Shown here: piece after piece, positions 12,645-21,788 of the stretch
How positions within the stretch are numbered: the first letter of the stretch is position 1
Layout: every line of letters begins with the position of its first letter
Assembly: GCA_963749075.1 (NCBI GenBank)
Contig: CAVVLJ010000004.1
Location: 288,001 to 352,000 of the forward strand
Source: an uncultured Pseudomonadota bacterium
GTDB lineage: Bacteria; Pseudomonadota; Alphaproteobacteria; JACZXZ01
Direction: 5' to 3'
DNA: 64,000 bases
The notes under the pieces: model-generated
The model's database searches: none
Told to the model about the DNA's origin: nothing
What the model saw: only the letters and a program-made list of their open reading frames with translations
Program-made: the position numbers and the translations under genes

Positions 12645-13459
12645 GCGACATGATGTCAACCTCGGACACGCATGGGCCGGCAGAGCGCGCCGAGCGCGCG
12701 GCCCGGCTCCTCCTCGAGGCGCGGCGGGCGCACCGACCGCTCGAGCGGCTGCCCGATGATTGCCAGCCGCGCAGCGTCGAGGAGGGCTATGCCGTGCAGG
12801 ACGCGCTCGCGCGCCTGGACGGCCGGCCGGTAGGCGGCTGGAAGATCGGCTGCACCAGCAGCTTCGCCCAGCGCCTCATGGGCATCCCGCAGCCCTTCCC
12901 CGGCCGCGTCTTCGCCGCGACCATCCACGCGAGCCCCGCGGTCATCGACCCGCGCGACTTCATCGCCATCGGGCTCGAGCCCGAGTTCGCCTTCCGCCTC
13001 GCGCGCGACCTGCCGCCGCGCGCCGAGCCCTATGGGCGGCGGGACGTCGAGGCGGCGGTGGGCGCCTTCCACCCCTCGTGCGAGCTCGTCGAGATGCGCT
13101 TTCTCCATTGGCGCAACGTGGGCGGACCGAGCCTCATCGCGGACAATGGCTGCAACGGAGCGCTCGTGCTCGGCGCCGCCACCGAGGCGTGGCGCACGGT
13201 CGATCTCGCGGCGCACGAGCTCAGGCTCTCGATCAACGGCAAGCTCGCGGCCGAGGGCAAGGGTGCCGCCGCCCTCGGCCATCCGCTTGCGGCCCTCGCC
13301 TGGCTCGCCAACGACCGCAGCCGCCACGGCAGCGGGCTCAAGGCGGGCGAGGTCGTCACCACCGGCACCTGCGCCGGCGTCCACGACCTCAAGCGCGGCG
13401 ACGAAGCCGAGGCCGATTACGGCGAGCTCGGCCGCGTGGCGTTGAGCATCAAGGGCTGA
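12641..13459 (+). CDS. 2-keto-4-pentenoate hydratase / FAH-superfamily protein
   Basis: GYAVQ, GWKIGCT, EPEFAF, ADNG, GHPL, GEVVTTGT. GTGA overlap with the EF-G paralog; the start may instead be ATG 12650. Confidence 0.88.
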   Translation: MSDMMSTSDTHGPAERAERAARLLLEARRAHRPLERLPDDCQPRSVEEGYAVQDALARLDGRPVGGWKIGCTSSFAQRLMGIPQPFPGRVFAATIHASPAVIDPRDFIAIGLEPEFAFRLARDLPPRAEPYGRRDVEAAVGAFHPSCELVEMRFLHWRNVGGPSLIADNGCNGALVLGAATEAWRTVDLAAHELRLSINGKLAAEGKGAAALGHPLAALAWLANDRSRHGSGLKAGEVVTTGTCAGVHDLKRGDEAEADYGELGRVALSIKG

Positions 13460-13486
13460 ACGCCGCGCCAAACCCGACGCCGCACA

Positions 13487-14512
13487 TCAGGCGCCCCCGA
13501 GCGCCGCGCGCGCCAGCGCCGTCCCCGCGGTGAGCGCCCTCAATTTCCCCCGCGCCACCTCGCGTTCGAGCGGCGCCATGCCGCAGTTGGTACAGGGGAG
13601 GATGCGCTCGGCCGGCACGAACTCGGCGGCAGCGAGGATGCTGTCCCGCACCTCCTCGGGCCGCTCGATGCGCACGCTCGCCACGTCGATCACGCCCACC
13701 AGCACGTCCTTGCCGGCAAGCAGCTTGAGGAGCGGCAGCGGCACGCGCGAGCCGGCGCACTCGAGCGAGACCTGGGCGATGCGGCTCGCGGCGAGGGCCG
13801 GGAAGAAGCGCTCGTACTGGCGCCACTCGCTGCCGAGCGTCTTCTTCCACTCGATGTTCTCCTTGATCCCGTAGCCGTAGCAGATGTGCACGGCCGTCGG
13901 AATCGAGAGCCCGTCCACCGCACGCTCGAGTGCCGCGATGCCCCAGGCGACCGCCTCCTCCGGATAGGCGTTGAAGGCGGGCTCGTCGAGCTGCAGCACG
14001 TCGACGCCGAGGGCTTCGAGCTCCTTCGCCTCCTCGTTGATGAGGCGCGCGAAGGCGTGGGCGAGCTTGGGGCGGTCGTTGTAATAGGCATCCGCCAGCG
14101 TATCGACGATCGTCATGGGTCCGGGGATGGTGACCTTGAGCTTGCGCCGCGTGTGGGCGCGCATGAAGCGGGCCTCCTCGCCGTGCACCGGGCGCTTGCG
14201 CGCGATGGGTCCCGTGACCGTCGGGCAGTTCGCCTCGTAGCGGTTGTCGCGGATGCCGATGCGCCTCTTGTGCGCGAAGTCGATGCCGTCGATGTGCTCG
14301 AGGAAGCCGTGCACGAAATGCTGGCGGAACTGCTCGCCGTCGGTGACGATGTCGATGCCGGCGTCCTCCTCCTCCTTGAGCCAGAGGAGGGCGGCATCGC
14401 GCTTGGCCTCCTCGAGCTCGGCGCCCTCAAATCGCCACGCCGGCCATAGCTTCTCCGTCTCCGCAAGCCAGAAGGGTTTCGGCAGGCTGCCGGCGATGGT
14501 GGTCTCGAGCAT
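13487..14512 (-). CDS. Core (single-barrel) cobalamin-independent methionine synthase, MesD-like
   Basis: AGSLPKP.WLAE.EKLW, DGEQ.RQHFV, PGPMT, HICYG, SLEC, TNCGMAPL (Zn ligands present). Confidence 0.85.
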   Translation of the reverse strand: MLETTIAGSLPKPFWLAETEKLWPAWRFEGAELEEAKRDAALLWLKEEEDAGIDIVTDGEQFRQHFVHGFLEHIDGIDFAHKRRIGIRDNRYEANCPTVTGPIARKRPVHGEEARFMRAHTRRKLKVTIPGPMTIVDTLADAYYNDRPKLAHAFARLINEEAKELEALGVDVLQLDEPAFNAYPEEAVAWGIAALERAVDGLSIPTAVHICYGYGIKENIEWKKTLGSEWRQYERFFPALAASRIAQVSLECAGSRVPLPLLKLLAGKDVLVGVIDVASVRIERPEEVRDSILAAAEFVPAERILPCTNCGMAPLEREVARGKLRALTAGTALARAALGGA

Positions 14513-14634
14513 GGTCGCCTCCCGGGAATATTCTACGCAACGATGGCCTTGGGGCGGCAACATACAGGATATCGGAACGACACTCGATTGAGTTGTCCCG
14601 CGTTCGAGCTTCGCTCGTGGAGTCCGAGAGATTG

Positions 14635-14807
14635 CCCTCTCCTCCTTCAGGAGGAGAGGGAGGGACCCATCGCGAAGCGATGGGAGGGTGAGGAGGTCGT
14701 GCCGAGCGCGAGGAGTCGCGCGACAGCAGTTGCGCGCACTCAAGCTTGGTCTGCGTGCGGCCAGAGCCCTCCTCACCCCGACCCTCTCCTCCTGAAGGAG
14801 GAGAGGG
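14635..14807. repeat. Inverted REP-like doublet (CCCTCTCCTCC-N4-GGAGGAGAGGG ... GGGTGAGG)
   Basis: Perfect 11-bp hairpins at 14635-14660 and 14782-14807, an auxiliary hairpin at 14666-14684, and GGGTGAGG/CCTCACCC tails. Confidence 0.85.
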
Positions 14808-14818
14808 AGCTGCTGCCG

Positions 14819-16237
14819 CTAATCCGTCACCCAGGAGATGCGCAGGAGGTTGGTGGAGCCGGGCGTGCCGAAGGGGATGCCGGCGGTGGTGACGAGCCGC
14901 TCGCCCTTCGCGGCGAGCCCTTGATGGAAGGCATGATAGCCGGCGTGCTCGACCATCTCCTCGACGCTCGTCACGTCCTCGGTATGGACGCAATGGGTGC
15001 CCCAGGCGAGGGCCAGGCGCCGCGCGGTCTCGATCTTGGGCGTGAGACAGAGGATGGGCACGTCGGGGCGCTCGCGGGCGGCGCGCAGCGTGGTCGAGCC
15101 CGAGCTGGTGAAGGTCACGATGGCCGCCGCCGAGACCGTGCTCGCGACCTGGCGGGCCGCTGCCGTGATGGCGTCGGCCGGCGTCGCCTCCGGATCGGGA
15201 TGCTCGGCATCCATGATGCGGCGGTAGCGCGGGTCGCGCTCGACGCGGACGACGATGCGGTCCATCATCTCGACCGCCTCGACCGGATAGGCGCCGCTCG
15301 CGGTCTCGGCCGAGAGCATGACCGCATCCGCCCCCTCATAGACGGCGGTCGCCACGTCGGAGGCCTCGGCGCGCGTCGGCGTGGGCGTCAGGATCATCGA
15401 TTCGAGCATCTGGGTGGCGATCACCACCGGCCGGCCGGCGAAGCGGCAGACGCGCACGATCTGGCGCTGCAGCGGCGGCACGTCCTCGGGCGGCAGCTCG
15501 ACGCCGAGATCGCCGCGCGCCACCATCACCGCATCGACGAGATCGACGATCTCCTCGAGGTGCTCGATCGCCGCGGGCTTCTCGAGCTTGGCGAGCAAGC
15601 CGGCGCGCCCGGCGATGAGCTTGCGCGCCTCGGCGATGTCCTCGGGCCGCTGCACGAAGCTCAGGCCCACCCAATCGACGCCCATGTCGAGGCCGAACTG
15701 GAGATCGCTGCGGTCCTTCTCGGTGAGCGAGGAGATGGGCAGCACCACGCCGGGGACGTTGACGCCCTTGCGGTCGCTCAAGGTGCCGCCCACCGCCACC
15801 TCGCAGTCGGCGAAGCTGGGCCCGCAGTGGACGACCTTGAGGCGCAGCTTGCCGTCGTCGAGGAGGAGCTCGGCGCCCGGCTCGAGAGACGCGAAGATTT
15901 CGGGGTGGGGCAGCGGCGCCCGCGTCTCGTTCCCCTCTTCGGGCGAGAGGTCGAGGCGGAAGGGCCGGCCGGCCTCGAGAGTGACCTTGCCGCCGGCCAG
16001 GCATCCGACGCGCAGCTTGGGTCCTTGCAGATCCATGAGCACGCCGATCGGCCGCCCCGACGCGCGCTCGAGCGCGCGGATGGCGGCGAGGCGCTCCTTG
16101 TGGTCGGCCTGCTGGCCGTGGCTGAAATTGAGGCGGAAGACGTCGGCGCCGGCCTCGAAGAGCGCGCGGATGCGCTCGTAGCTCGAGCTCGAGGGCCCGA
16201 GGGTGGCAACGATCTTGGCCTTGCGCTTGCGCCGCAT
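14819..16237 (-). CDS. pyk: Pyruvate kinase
   Basis: KIVATLGPSS, FRLNFSHG, DLQGPKLR, MVARGDLGVE, ATQMLESM. Confidence 0.97.
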   Translation of the reverse strand: MRRKRKAKIVATLGPSSSSYERIRALFEAGADVFRLNFSHGQQADHKERLAAIRALERASGRPIGVLMDLQGPKLRVGCLAGGKVTLEAGRPFRLDLSPEEGNETRAPLPHPEIFASLEPGAELLLDDGKLRLKVVHCGPSFADCEVAVGGTLSDRKGVNVPGVVLPISSLTEKDRSDLQFGLDMGVDWVGLSFVQRPEDIAEARKLIAGRAGLLAKLEKPAAIEHLEEIVDLVDAVMVARGDLGVELPPEDVPPLQRQIVRVCRFAGRPVVIATQMLESMILTPTPTRAEASDVATAVYEGADAVMLSAETASGAYPVEAVEMMDRIVVRVERDPRYRRIMDAEHPDPEATPADAITAAARQVASTVSAAAIVTFTSSGSTTLRAARERPDVPILCLTPKIETARRLALAWGTHCVHTEDVTSVEEMVEHAGYHAFHQGLAAKGERLVTTAGIPFGTPGSTNLLRISWVTD

Positions 16238-16246
16238 GGCCGGAGC

Positions 16247-17527
16247 TTAGCCGCTGGCGCCGCCGCCGTCGATCAGGATTGCGCGGAAATCATTGACGTT
16301 CGTATGTGTCGGTCCCGTGACAAGAAGGTCGCCCGTGGCGGCGAAGAAGCTATAGGAGTCGTTGTCGTCGAGGAGTGCAAGCGGAGCGAGGCCGCCCGCC
16401 TGCGCGCGCGCGAGCGTGTCGGGGCCGATCAGCGCACCGGCATTGTCCTCGCTGCCGTCGATGCCGTCGGTGCCGGCGGCGAGGGCGTGGATGCGCGGCT
16501 CGCCGGCGAGCGCCAATGCCAGGGCGAGGAGGAGCTCGCTGTTGCGTCCGCCCTTGCCTTTGCCGCGCACGGTCACCGTCGCCTCGCCGCCCGAGAGGAG
16601 GACGCCGGGTGCTTCCACCGGCTGGCCGAAGCGCACCACCTGGCGCGCGATGGCCGCGAGCGCCCGCGCCACCTCGCGCGCCTCGCCTTCGAGCGAATCG
16701 CTGAGGATGAGCGGCCTAATGCCCGCCGCGCGCGCTTTCGCCGCCGCCGCCTCGAGCGACATCTGCGGCGTGGCGATGAGCCGGTAGCGCGCGTGGGCGA
16801 GCCGGGGGTCGCCCGGCTTGGGCGTCTCAGCGTCTGCACCCGAGGCGAGGCGGCGGGTCACGGCCGCCGGCGGTGCGATGCCGTATTTGGCGATGATGGC
16901 GCGCGCATCGGCGAAGCTCGTGGGATCGGCCACGGTGGGGCCCGAGCCGATGACGCTGGGGTCGTCGCCCGGCACGTCCGAGATGGCGAGGGTGACGAGC
17001 TGGGCCCGGCCGCAGGCGGCGGCGAGCCGCCCGCCCTTGATCGCCGAGAGGTGCTTCCTCACGCAGTTCATCTCGTGGATGGAGGCGCCCGAGCGCAGAA
17101 GGGCGCGGTTGACCTCCTGCTTGTCGGCGAGCGTCAAGCCTTCGGCGGGGAGGCTCAAGAGAGCGGAGGCGCCGCCCGACATCAGGCAGAGCACGAGATC
17201 GTCGGGCCCGAGGCCGGCCACGCGCGCGAGCATGCGGCGCGCCGCGGCCTCGCCCGCGGCGTCGGGCACCGGGTGCGAGGATTCGGCGATCTCGATGAAG
17301 CGGGTGGGGAGCTTCTGGCCGTAGCGCGTGACCGCGAGCCCCTCGAGCGGCGCCGGCCAATGAGCCTCGACCGCTTGCGCCATGGCGGCCGCCGCCTTGC
17401 CGGCGCCGACCACCACCGTGCGGCCCTTGGGCGGTGCGGGGAGGTGGGGCGGCAGCGCGTGCGCGGGCTCAGCCGCGGCGACCGCGGCGTCGAAGAGGCT
17501 GCGGAGGAAGGTGCGGGGGTCGTGCAT
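16247..17527 (-). CDS. ttuD: Glycerate 2-kinase (TtuD/MOFRL family)
   Basis: GAGKAA, SGGASAL, SDVPGDD, GGEATV, TGPTHTNVND. Confidence 0.93.
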   Translation of the reverse strand: MHDPRTFLRSLFDAAVAAAEPAHALPPHLPAPPKGRTVVVGAGKAAAAMAQAVEAHWPAPLEGLAVTRYGQKLPTRFIEIAESSHPVPDAAGEAAARRMLARVAGLGPDDLVLCLMSGGASALLSLPAEGLTLADKQEVNRALLRSGASIHEMNCVRKHLSAIKGGRLAAACGRAQLVTLAISDVPGDDPSVIGSGPTVADPTSFADARAIIAKYGIAPPAAVTRRLASGADAETPKPGDPRLAHARYRLIATPQMSLEAAAAKARAAGIRPLILSDSLEGEAREVARALAAIARQVVRFGQPVEAPGVLLSGGEATVTVRGKGKGGRNSELLLALALALAGEPRIHALAAGTDGIDGSEDNAGALIGPDTLARAQAGGLAPLALLDDNDSYSFFAATGDLLVTGPTHTNVNDFRAILIDGGGASG

Positions 17528-17528
17528 T

Positions 17529-17673
17529 CCCTCACCCTCCCGCGGCCTTGCGGCCGCGGGTCCCTCCCTCTCCCGCTTGCGGGAGAGGGTGAAAGAGCCG
17601 CGCGTCCTCTAGTCCCTCTCCCGCTTGCGGGAGAGGGAAGGGGCCCGTTGCGAAGCAACGGGAAGGGTGAGGG
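17529..17673. repeat. Inverted REP-like doublet (CCCTCTCCCGCTTGCGGGAGAGGG core)
   Basis: Two copies of the same core hairpin, each with an auxiliary hairpin and a CCCTCACCC/GGGTGAGGG tail. Fills the glxR-ttuD spacer. Confidence 0.88.
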
Positions 17674-17686
17674 ATTTCACCCTCCC

Positions 17687-18583
17687 TCACTCTTTCTTCG
17701 CAACTTGGTGGTTGGCCAGACGCTCGAGCGCCTGCACCATGCCGGAGTGGTCCCAGTCTTTGCCGCCCATGGCGGCGCAGGCGTTGAAGAGCTCCTGGGC
17801 CGTCGCGGTATTGGGCAGGCTCACGCCGAGCTCGCGCGCGGCGGCGAGTGCCAAGCCGAGGTCCTTCTGGTGAAGCTCGATGCGGAAGCCGGGCTTGAAG
17901 GTGCGCTCGATCATGCGCTGGCCGTGCACCTCGAGGATGCGCGAGCCGGCGAAGCCGCCCATGAGGGCCTGGCGCACCTTGGCCGGGTCGGCGCCCGCCT
18001 TGGCCGCGAAGACGAGGGCCTCGCCCACCGCCTCGATGGTGAGCGCCACCACGATCTGGTTCGCCACCTTGCAGGTCTGGCCGTCGCCGTTGTTGGGGCC
18101 GACGTGGGTGATCGACTTGCCCATGAGCTCGAAGAGCGGCTTGGCGCGCTGAAACGCCGCCTCGGGCCCGCCCACCATGATGGTGAGTGCGGCTCCCTTG
18201 GCGCCGACCTCGCCGCCCGAGACGGGGGCATCGAGATAGTCGCAGCCCTTGTCGTTGACGCGCTTGGCAAAGCCGCGCGTGGCGGTCGGCGAGATCGAGC
18301 TCATGTCGATGACGAGCTTGCCCTTGGCGAGGCCGCCGGCGGTACCGTCCTTTGCGAACAGCACGGCCTCCACGTCCGGCGTATCCGGCACCATGACGAT
18401 GACGACCTCGCTCCGCTCGGCCACCTCCTTGGCGGAGGCGCAGGCGATCGCACCGCCGTCGAGGAGCTCCTGCGGCAGAGCGCTCCTGTGCTTGACGGTC
18501 GCGAGCTTGTGCCCCGCTTGCAAGAGATGGCCCGCCATGGGCCGCCCCATGATGCCGAGCCCGATGAAGCCCACTTGGGTCAT
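17687..18583 (-). CDS. glxR: 2-hydroxy-3-oxopropionate (tartronate semialdehyde) reductase
   Basis: GFIGLGIMG, DAPVSGG, GQTCKVANQ, FRIELHQKDL; operon context with hyi. Confidence 0.92.
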   Translation of the reverse strand: MTQVGFIGLGIMGRPMAGHLLQAGHKLATVKHRSALPQELLDGGAIACASAKEVAERSEVVIVMVPDTPDVEAVLFAKDGTAGGLAKGKLVIDMSSISPTATRGFAKRVNDKGCDYLDAPVSGGEVGAKGAALTIMVGGPEAAFQRAKPLFELMGKSITHVGPNNGDGQTCKVANQIVVALTIEAVGEALVFAAKAGADPAKVRQALMGGFAGSRILEVHGQRMIERTFKPGFRIELHQKDLGLALAAARELGVSLPNTATAQELFNACAAMGGKDWDHSGMVQALERLANHQVAKKE

Positions 18584-18626
18584 GATGCCTCCTTGTTGTC
18601 CCTCTGGCCCGTCTCTCTGGTTGCCG

Positions 18627-19412
18627 TCAGTTGCGGCCGAGAAATTCCTTGGCCCAGCCGAGCCCGGGGAGCGTGCCCGCCGCCGGCCGGTACTCGCAGC
18701 CGACCCAGCCCTCGTAGCCCACCCTGTCCATGAACCCGAGGAGGAACCGGTAGTTGATCTCGCCGGTTCCCGGCTCGTGGCGTCCGGGCGTGTCGGCGAT
18801 CTGGATGTGGCCGATCACGGCGAGGTTGCGCTCGAGCGTGTGGGCGATGTCGCCCTCCATGATCTGGGCGTGATAGACGTCGTACTGCAGCTTGAGGTTC
18901 GCCGCCTTCACCGCCCCCATGACGGCGAGCGCCTGGGTCGAGGTGCAGAGGTAATAGCCCGGGATGTCGCGCGTGTTGATGGGCTCGATGAGCACCGTGA
19001 GGTTCTCCTTGGCCGCCGCCGCCGAGGCGAACTTGAGGTTCTCGACATAGGTCTCGCGCAAGCGGGCCGGATGCACGCCCGAGGGGGCGACGCCCGCCAT
19101 GACGTGGATGCGCGGGCAGCCGAGGGTCTTGGCGTACTCGATGGCGCGGCCGAGCCCGTCGCGGAACTCGTTCACGCGGTTGGGCAGGATGGCGATGCCG
19201 CGCTCGCCCGCCTCCCAGTCGCCGGGCGGCAGGTTGAAGAGCACCTGGGCGAGGCCGTGCTCGGCCAGGCGCTCGGCGATGGCTTCCTTGGCGTGGGCGT
19301 AGGGGAAGAGGTACTCGACGGCCTTGAAGCCCGCCTTGCTTGCCGCCTCGAAGCGCTCGAGGAACTCCACCTCGTTGAACATCATGCTGAGGTTGGCGGC
19401 GAGCTTGGGCAT
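18627..19412 (-). CDS. hyi: Hydroxypyruvate isomerase
   Basis: MPKLAANLSMMF, IEPINTRDIPG, YHAQIMEGD, HIQIADTPGRHEPGTGEINY. Confidence 0.93.
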   Translation of the reverse strand: MPKLAANLSMMFNEVEFLERFEAASKAGFKAVEYLFPYAHAKEAIAERLAEHGLAQVLFNLPPGDWEAGERGIAILPNRVNEFRDGLGRAIEYAKTLGCPRIHVMAGVAPSGVHPARLRETYVENLKFASAAAAKENLTVLIEPINTRDIPGYYLCTSTQALAVMGAVKAANLKLQYDVYHAQIMEGDIAHTLERNLAVIGHIQIADTPGRHEPGTGEINYRFLLGFMDRVGYEGWVGCEYRPAAGTLPGLGWAKEFLGRN

Positions 19413-19445
19413 GGCGGGGCCTTCTCGTGCTGTTGCGGCGTTGCC

Positions 19446-19462
19446 GACCGGTGGTACCGGTC
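19446..19462. promoter_or_regulatory. Palindrome upstream of hyi (GACCGGT-GGT-ACCGGTC), candidate repressor operator
   Basis: Perfect 7-bp inverted repeat just downstream of a minus-strand TATAAG -10-like element at about 19472-19477. Confidence 0.35.
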
Positions 19463-19518
19463 CGGGCACCCCTTATAGTGAAAAAATCGCCGCTTGGGGA
19501 TGGAAACGCACGGAGGCG

Positions 19519-19686
19519 TTACCCCTTGCGCCGGCTTGCCGCAATGTCGTGTCCGAGCCCCAGAGAGAGATGCCTGCGAATAATCTCGAAGCCCCTCACG
19601 ATGGAGAAACGAGTCTGCTGGTCGGCGAGATAGGACTCGAGGGTCATGTCTCGGAGAAATTCGCGGTGGTCGCGCGGAGCCGTCAC
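19519..19686 (-). pseudogene. HEPN (DUF86-type) toxin remnant
   Basis: GTGA overlap with the MNT stop. Translates to MTAPRDHREFLRDM-TLESYLADQQTRFSIVRGFEII followed by unrelated sequence; no Rx4-6H motif. Confidence 0.7.
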
Positions 19687-19976
19687 ACCCGGACCAACTC
19701 GCGCATCACGTTCCGCCCCATATGCGGCTTAAGCGCCTGTCGCGACACCAGATCGACTTCGCGGCCGGTCAGCGCCTTGAGCTCCTGCTCGAGTGCCAAG
19801 AATCTGGACAATGGCAATGGACCAGCAAACTCGACCAAGATGTCGAGATCGCTCGACTCGCCGGCGTCGCCGCGCGCGAACGAGCCGAAGAGCCCGAGCG
19901 ATCGGATCGGGTACTTTTCCTTGAGACCAGGCAAGGCGGCTTGCAGCCTCGTCAGCAGCGCTTCACGACCGCTCAT
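19683..19976 (-). CDS. Minimal nucleotidyltransferase (MNT) antitoxin
   Basis: LFGSFARGDAGESSDLDILVEF...VDLV motif. Confidence 0.92.
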   Translation of the reverse strand: MSGREALLTRLQAALPGLKEKYPIRSLGLFGSFARGDAGESSDLDILVEFAGPLPLSRFLALEQELKALTGREVDLVSRQALKPHMGRNVMRELVRV

Positions 19977-20078
19977 CGCACATCTCCGCGCGGATCAAAG
20001 GCCGTCTTTCCTCACAACCGATAGGATACAACGCCGAGGGCGCATTGGCGAATGGGCCGCGCACGCGGCGGTTTGGCG

Positions 20079-20807
20079 CTACCCCTTCCTCCGGCGCGCC
20101 GCATCGTAGTGCTCGAGCACCCAAGATAGGTGGCGGCGCATGGCCTGGGCGGCGGCCTCGGGGTTGCGGCCGCGGATGGCCTCGACGATGGCGCGGTGCT
20201 GGGCGTTGACCGTGAGGTCGTCCTCGGGCCGCGAGAAGAGCTCGTAGCGGTGGAACTCGAGCATTGCCGTCAGGATGTCGCGGATCACGGTCAGGAGGTG
20301 GATGTAGACGGCGCTGTGGCTCGCCTGGGCGACCGCCATGTGGAGGCGCACGTCGTCCTCCGCCTTGTAGCTCCGCGCGCGCTGGGCGTCGTCCATGGCG
20401 GCAACCAGCGCGTCGAGCCTTGCCAAGTCCTCGGCATTGGCATGCTCGCCCGCGCGCCGCGCCGCCCACACCTCGAGGATCGCGCGGATCTCGGCAAGGT
20501 CGTGCAGGTTCTCGCGGTTGCTGCGCAGGAGCTCGGCAAGCGGCCGGTCGAGCTCGACCGCCGAGGACTTGACCCGCGTGCCGCCGCCCTGGACGGCGCT
20601 CACCAGGCCCTGGGCCTTGAGCCGCTGGAGTGCCGCGCGCACCGAGACGCGGCTCACCCCCATGCGCAGCGCGAGCGCCCGCTCGCCCGGCAGCCGCTGG
20701 CCCGGCACCAGGGCGCCCGAGGCGATGAGGCGCATGACCTCCTCCGCCACACGGTCGGCCACCCGCTGGGGGGCTATGCGGCGGAAGGCGGGATCGGGCT
20801 CCGTCAT
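20079..20807 (-). CDS. GntR/FadR-subfamily transcriptional regulator
   Basis: GQRLPGERALALRMGVSRVSVRAAL wHTH plus FCD domain. Confidence 0.93.
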   Translation of the reverse strand: MTEPDPAFRRIAPQRVADRVAEEVMRLIASGALVPGQRLPGERALALRMGVSRVSVRAALQRLKAQGLVSAVQGGGTRVKSSAVELDRPLAELLRSNRENLHDLAEIRAILEVWAARRAGEHANAEDLARLDALVAAMDDAQRARSYKAEDDVRLHMAVAQASHSAVYIHLLTVIRDILTAMLEFHRYELFSRPEDDLTVNAQHRAIVEAIRGRNPEAAAQAMRRHLSWVLEHYDAARRRKG

Positions 20808-20822
20808 GGCGCGGCCGTCAAC

Positions 20823-20877
20823 TGGTATGGGATTAAGACCACTCGGCCCTATAGCGGCTGGCCCTGGCGGGCGTCAA
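20823..20877 (-). promoter_or_regulatory. Sigma70-like promoter of the GntR gene with a downstream TGGT-N11-ACCA operator
   Basis: Minus strand TTGACG-N17-CTATAG. TGGTATGGGATTAAGACCA at 20823-20841 resembles FadR-subfamily (GlcC/LldR-type) sites. Confidence 0.5.
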
Positions 20878-20975
20878 GTGCTGCCGGTCACTTGCGCCGC
20901 CGCGGGCGCGCCAAAGTGCCGTTTGCGCCTGCCTCGCGTGCTCCAAAGGCGCTCGGATTCGGCTATAGTGCCGCG

Positions 20976-21788
20976 ATGAACGACACCGCCAACCCCGAGG
21001 CGGCGCCGCTCCTGGCGCCGGACGAGCCGCCCGCCTTCGAGCTGGTCAATGCCGCGGGCAAGGCGCGCTTTCTCCTCATCTGCGACCACGCGAGCCGGCG
21101 CGTGCCGCGGGCGCTCGACGGCCTGGGCCTCGAGGACTGGCAGCTCCTGCGCCACATCGGCTGGGACATCGGCGCCGCCGAGGTGGCGCGCGCCCTGGCG
21201 AGCCAGCTCTCGGCCCCCCTCGTGCTCGCCGGCTACTCGCGCCTCGTCATCGACGTGAACCGCCGCTTAGCCGATCCCTCCTCCATCCCGGAGGTGAGCG
21301 ACGGCGTGGCGGTGCCGGGAAACAAGGCGCTCTCCAGGGCGCAAGCGGAGAGGCGCGTCGCCGGGCTCTTCGAGCCCTATCATGCGGCGGTCGAGGCGGC
21401 TCTCGCGCGCTGGACGGCCCGGGCCCTGGTGCCGGGGCTCGTCTCCATCCACAGCTTCACGCCCGTCTTCGGCGGCTTCGAGCGGCCGTGGCACATCGGC
21501 GTGCTGTGGGACCGCGACCCGCGCATCGCGGTGCCGCTCTTAGCCGCACTCGGCCGCCTCGACGGCGTCGCGGTGGGCGACAACGAGCCCTATTCCGCGC
21601 GCGAGCCCAAGGGCTACAGCGTCACCGCCCACGCGGGCTCCCGAGGCTATCCCCATGTCGCCATCGAGATCCGCCAGGACCTCATCGACACCCGTCAGGG
21701 TGCGGCGCTTTGGGCCGGGCGGCTCGCCGCGGCCTTGGCGCCGGTCCTCGGCCAAGCGGCCATCTACCGGCAGGAGCGCTACGAGTGA
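20976..21788 (+). CDS. N-formylglutamate amidohydrolase family protein
   Basis: LICDHAS, HIGWDIGA, SRLVIDVNR, SIHSFTP, NEPYS, IEIRQDLI. Confidence 0.92.
   Translation: MNDTANPEAAPLLAPDEPPAFELVNAAGKARFLLICDHASRRVPRALDGLGLEDWQLLRHIGWDIGAAEVARALASQLSAPLVLAGYSRLVIDVNRRLADPSSIPEVSDGVAVPGNKALSRAQAERRVAGLFEPYHAAVEAALARWTARALVPGLVSIHSFTPVFGGFERPWHIGVLWDRDPRIAVPLLAALGRLDGVAVGDNEPYSAREPKGYSVTAHAGSRGYPHVAIEIRQDLIDTRQGAALWAGRLAAALAPVLGQAAIYRQERYE

Noticed and set aside
14513-14630. SAM riboswitch upstream of the methionine synthase
   Set aside because: I could not see the SAM-alpha/SAM-II or SAM-SAH conserved elements.
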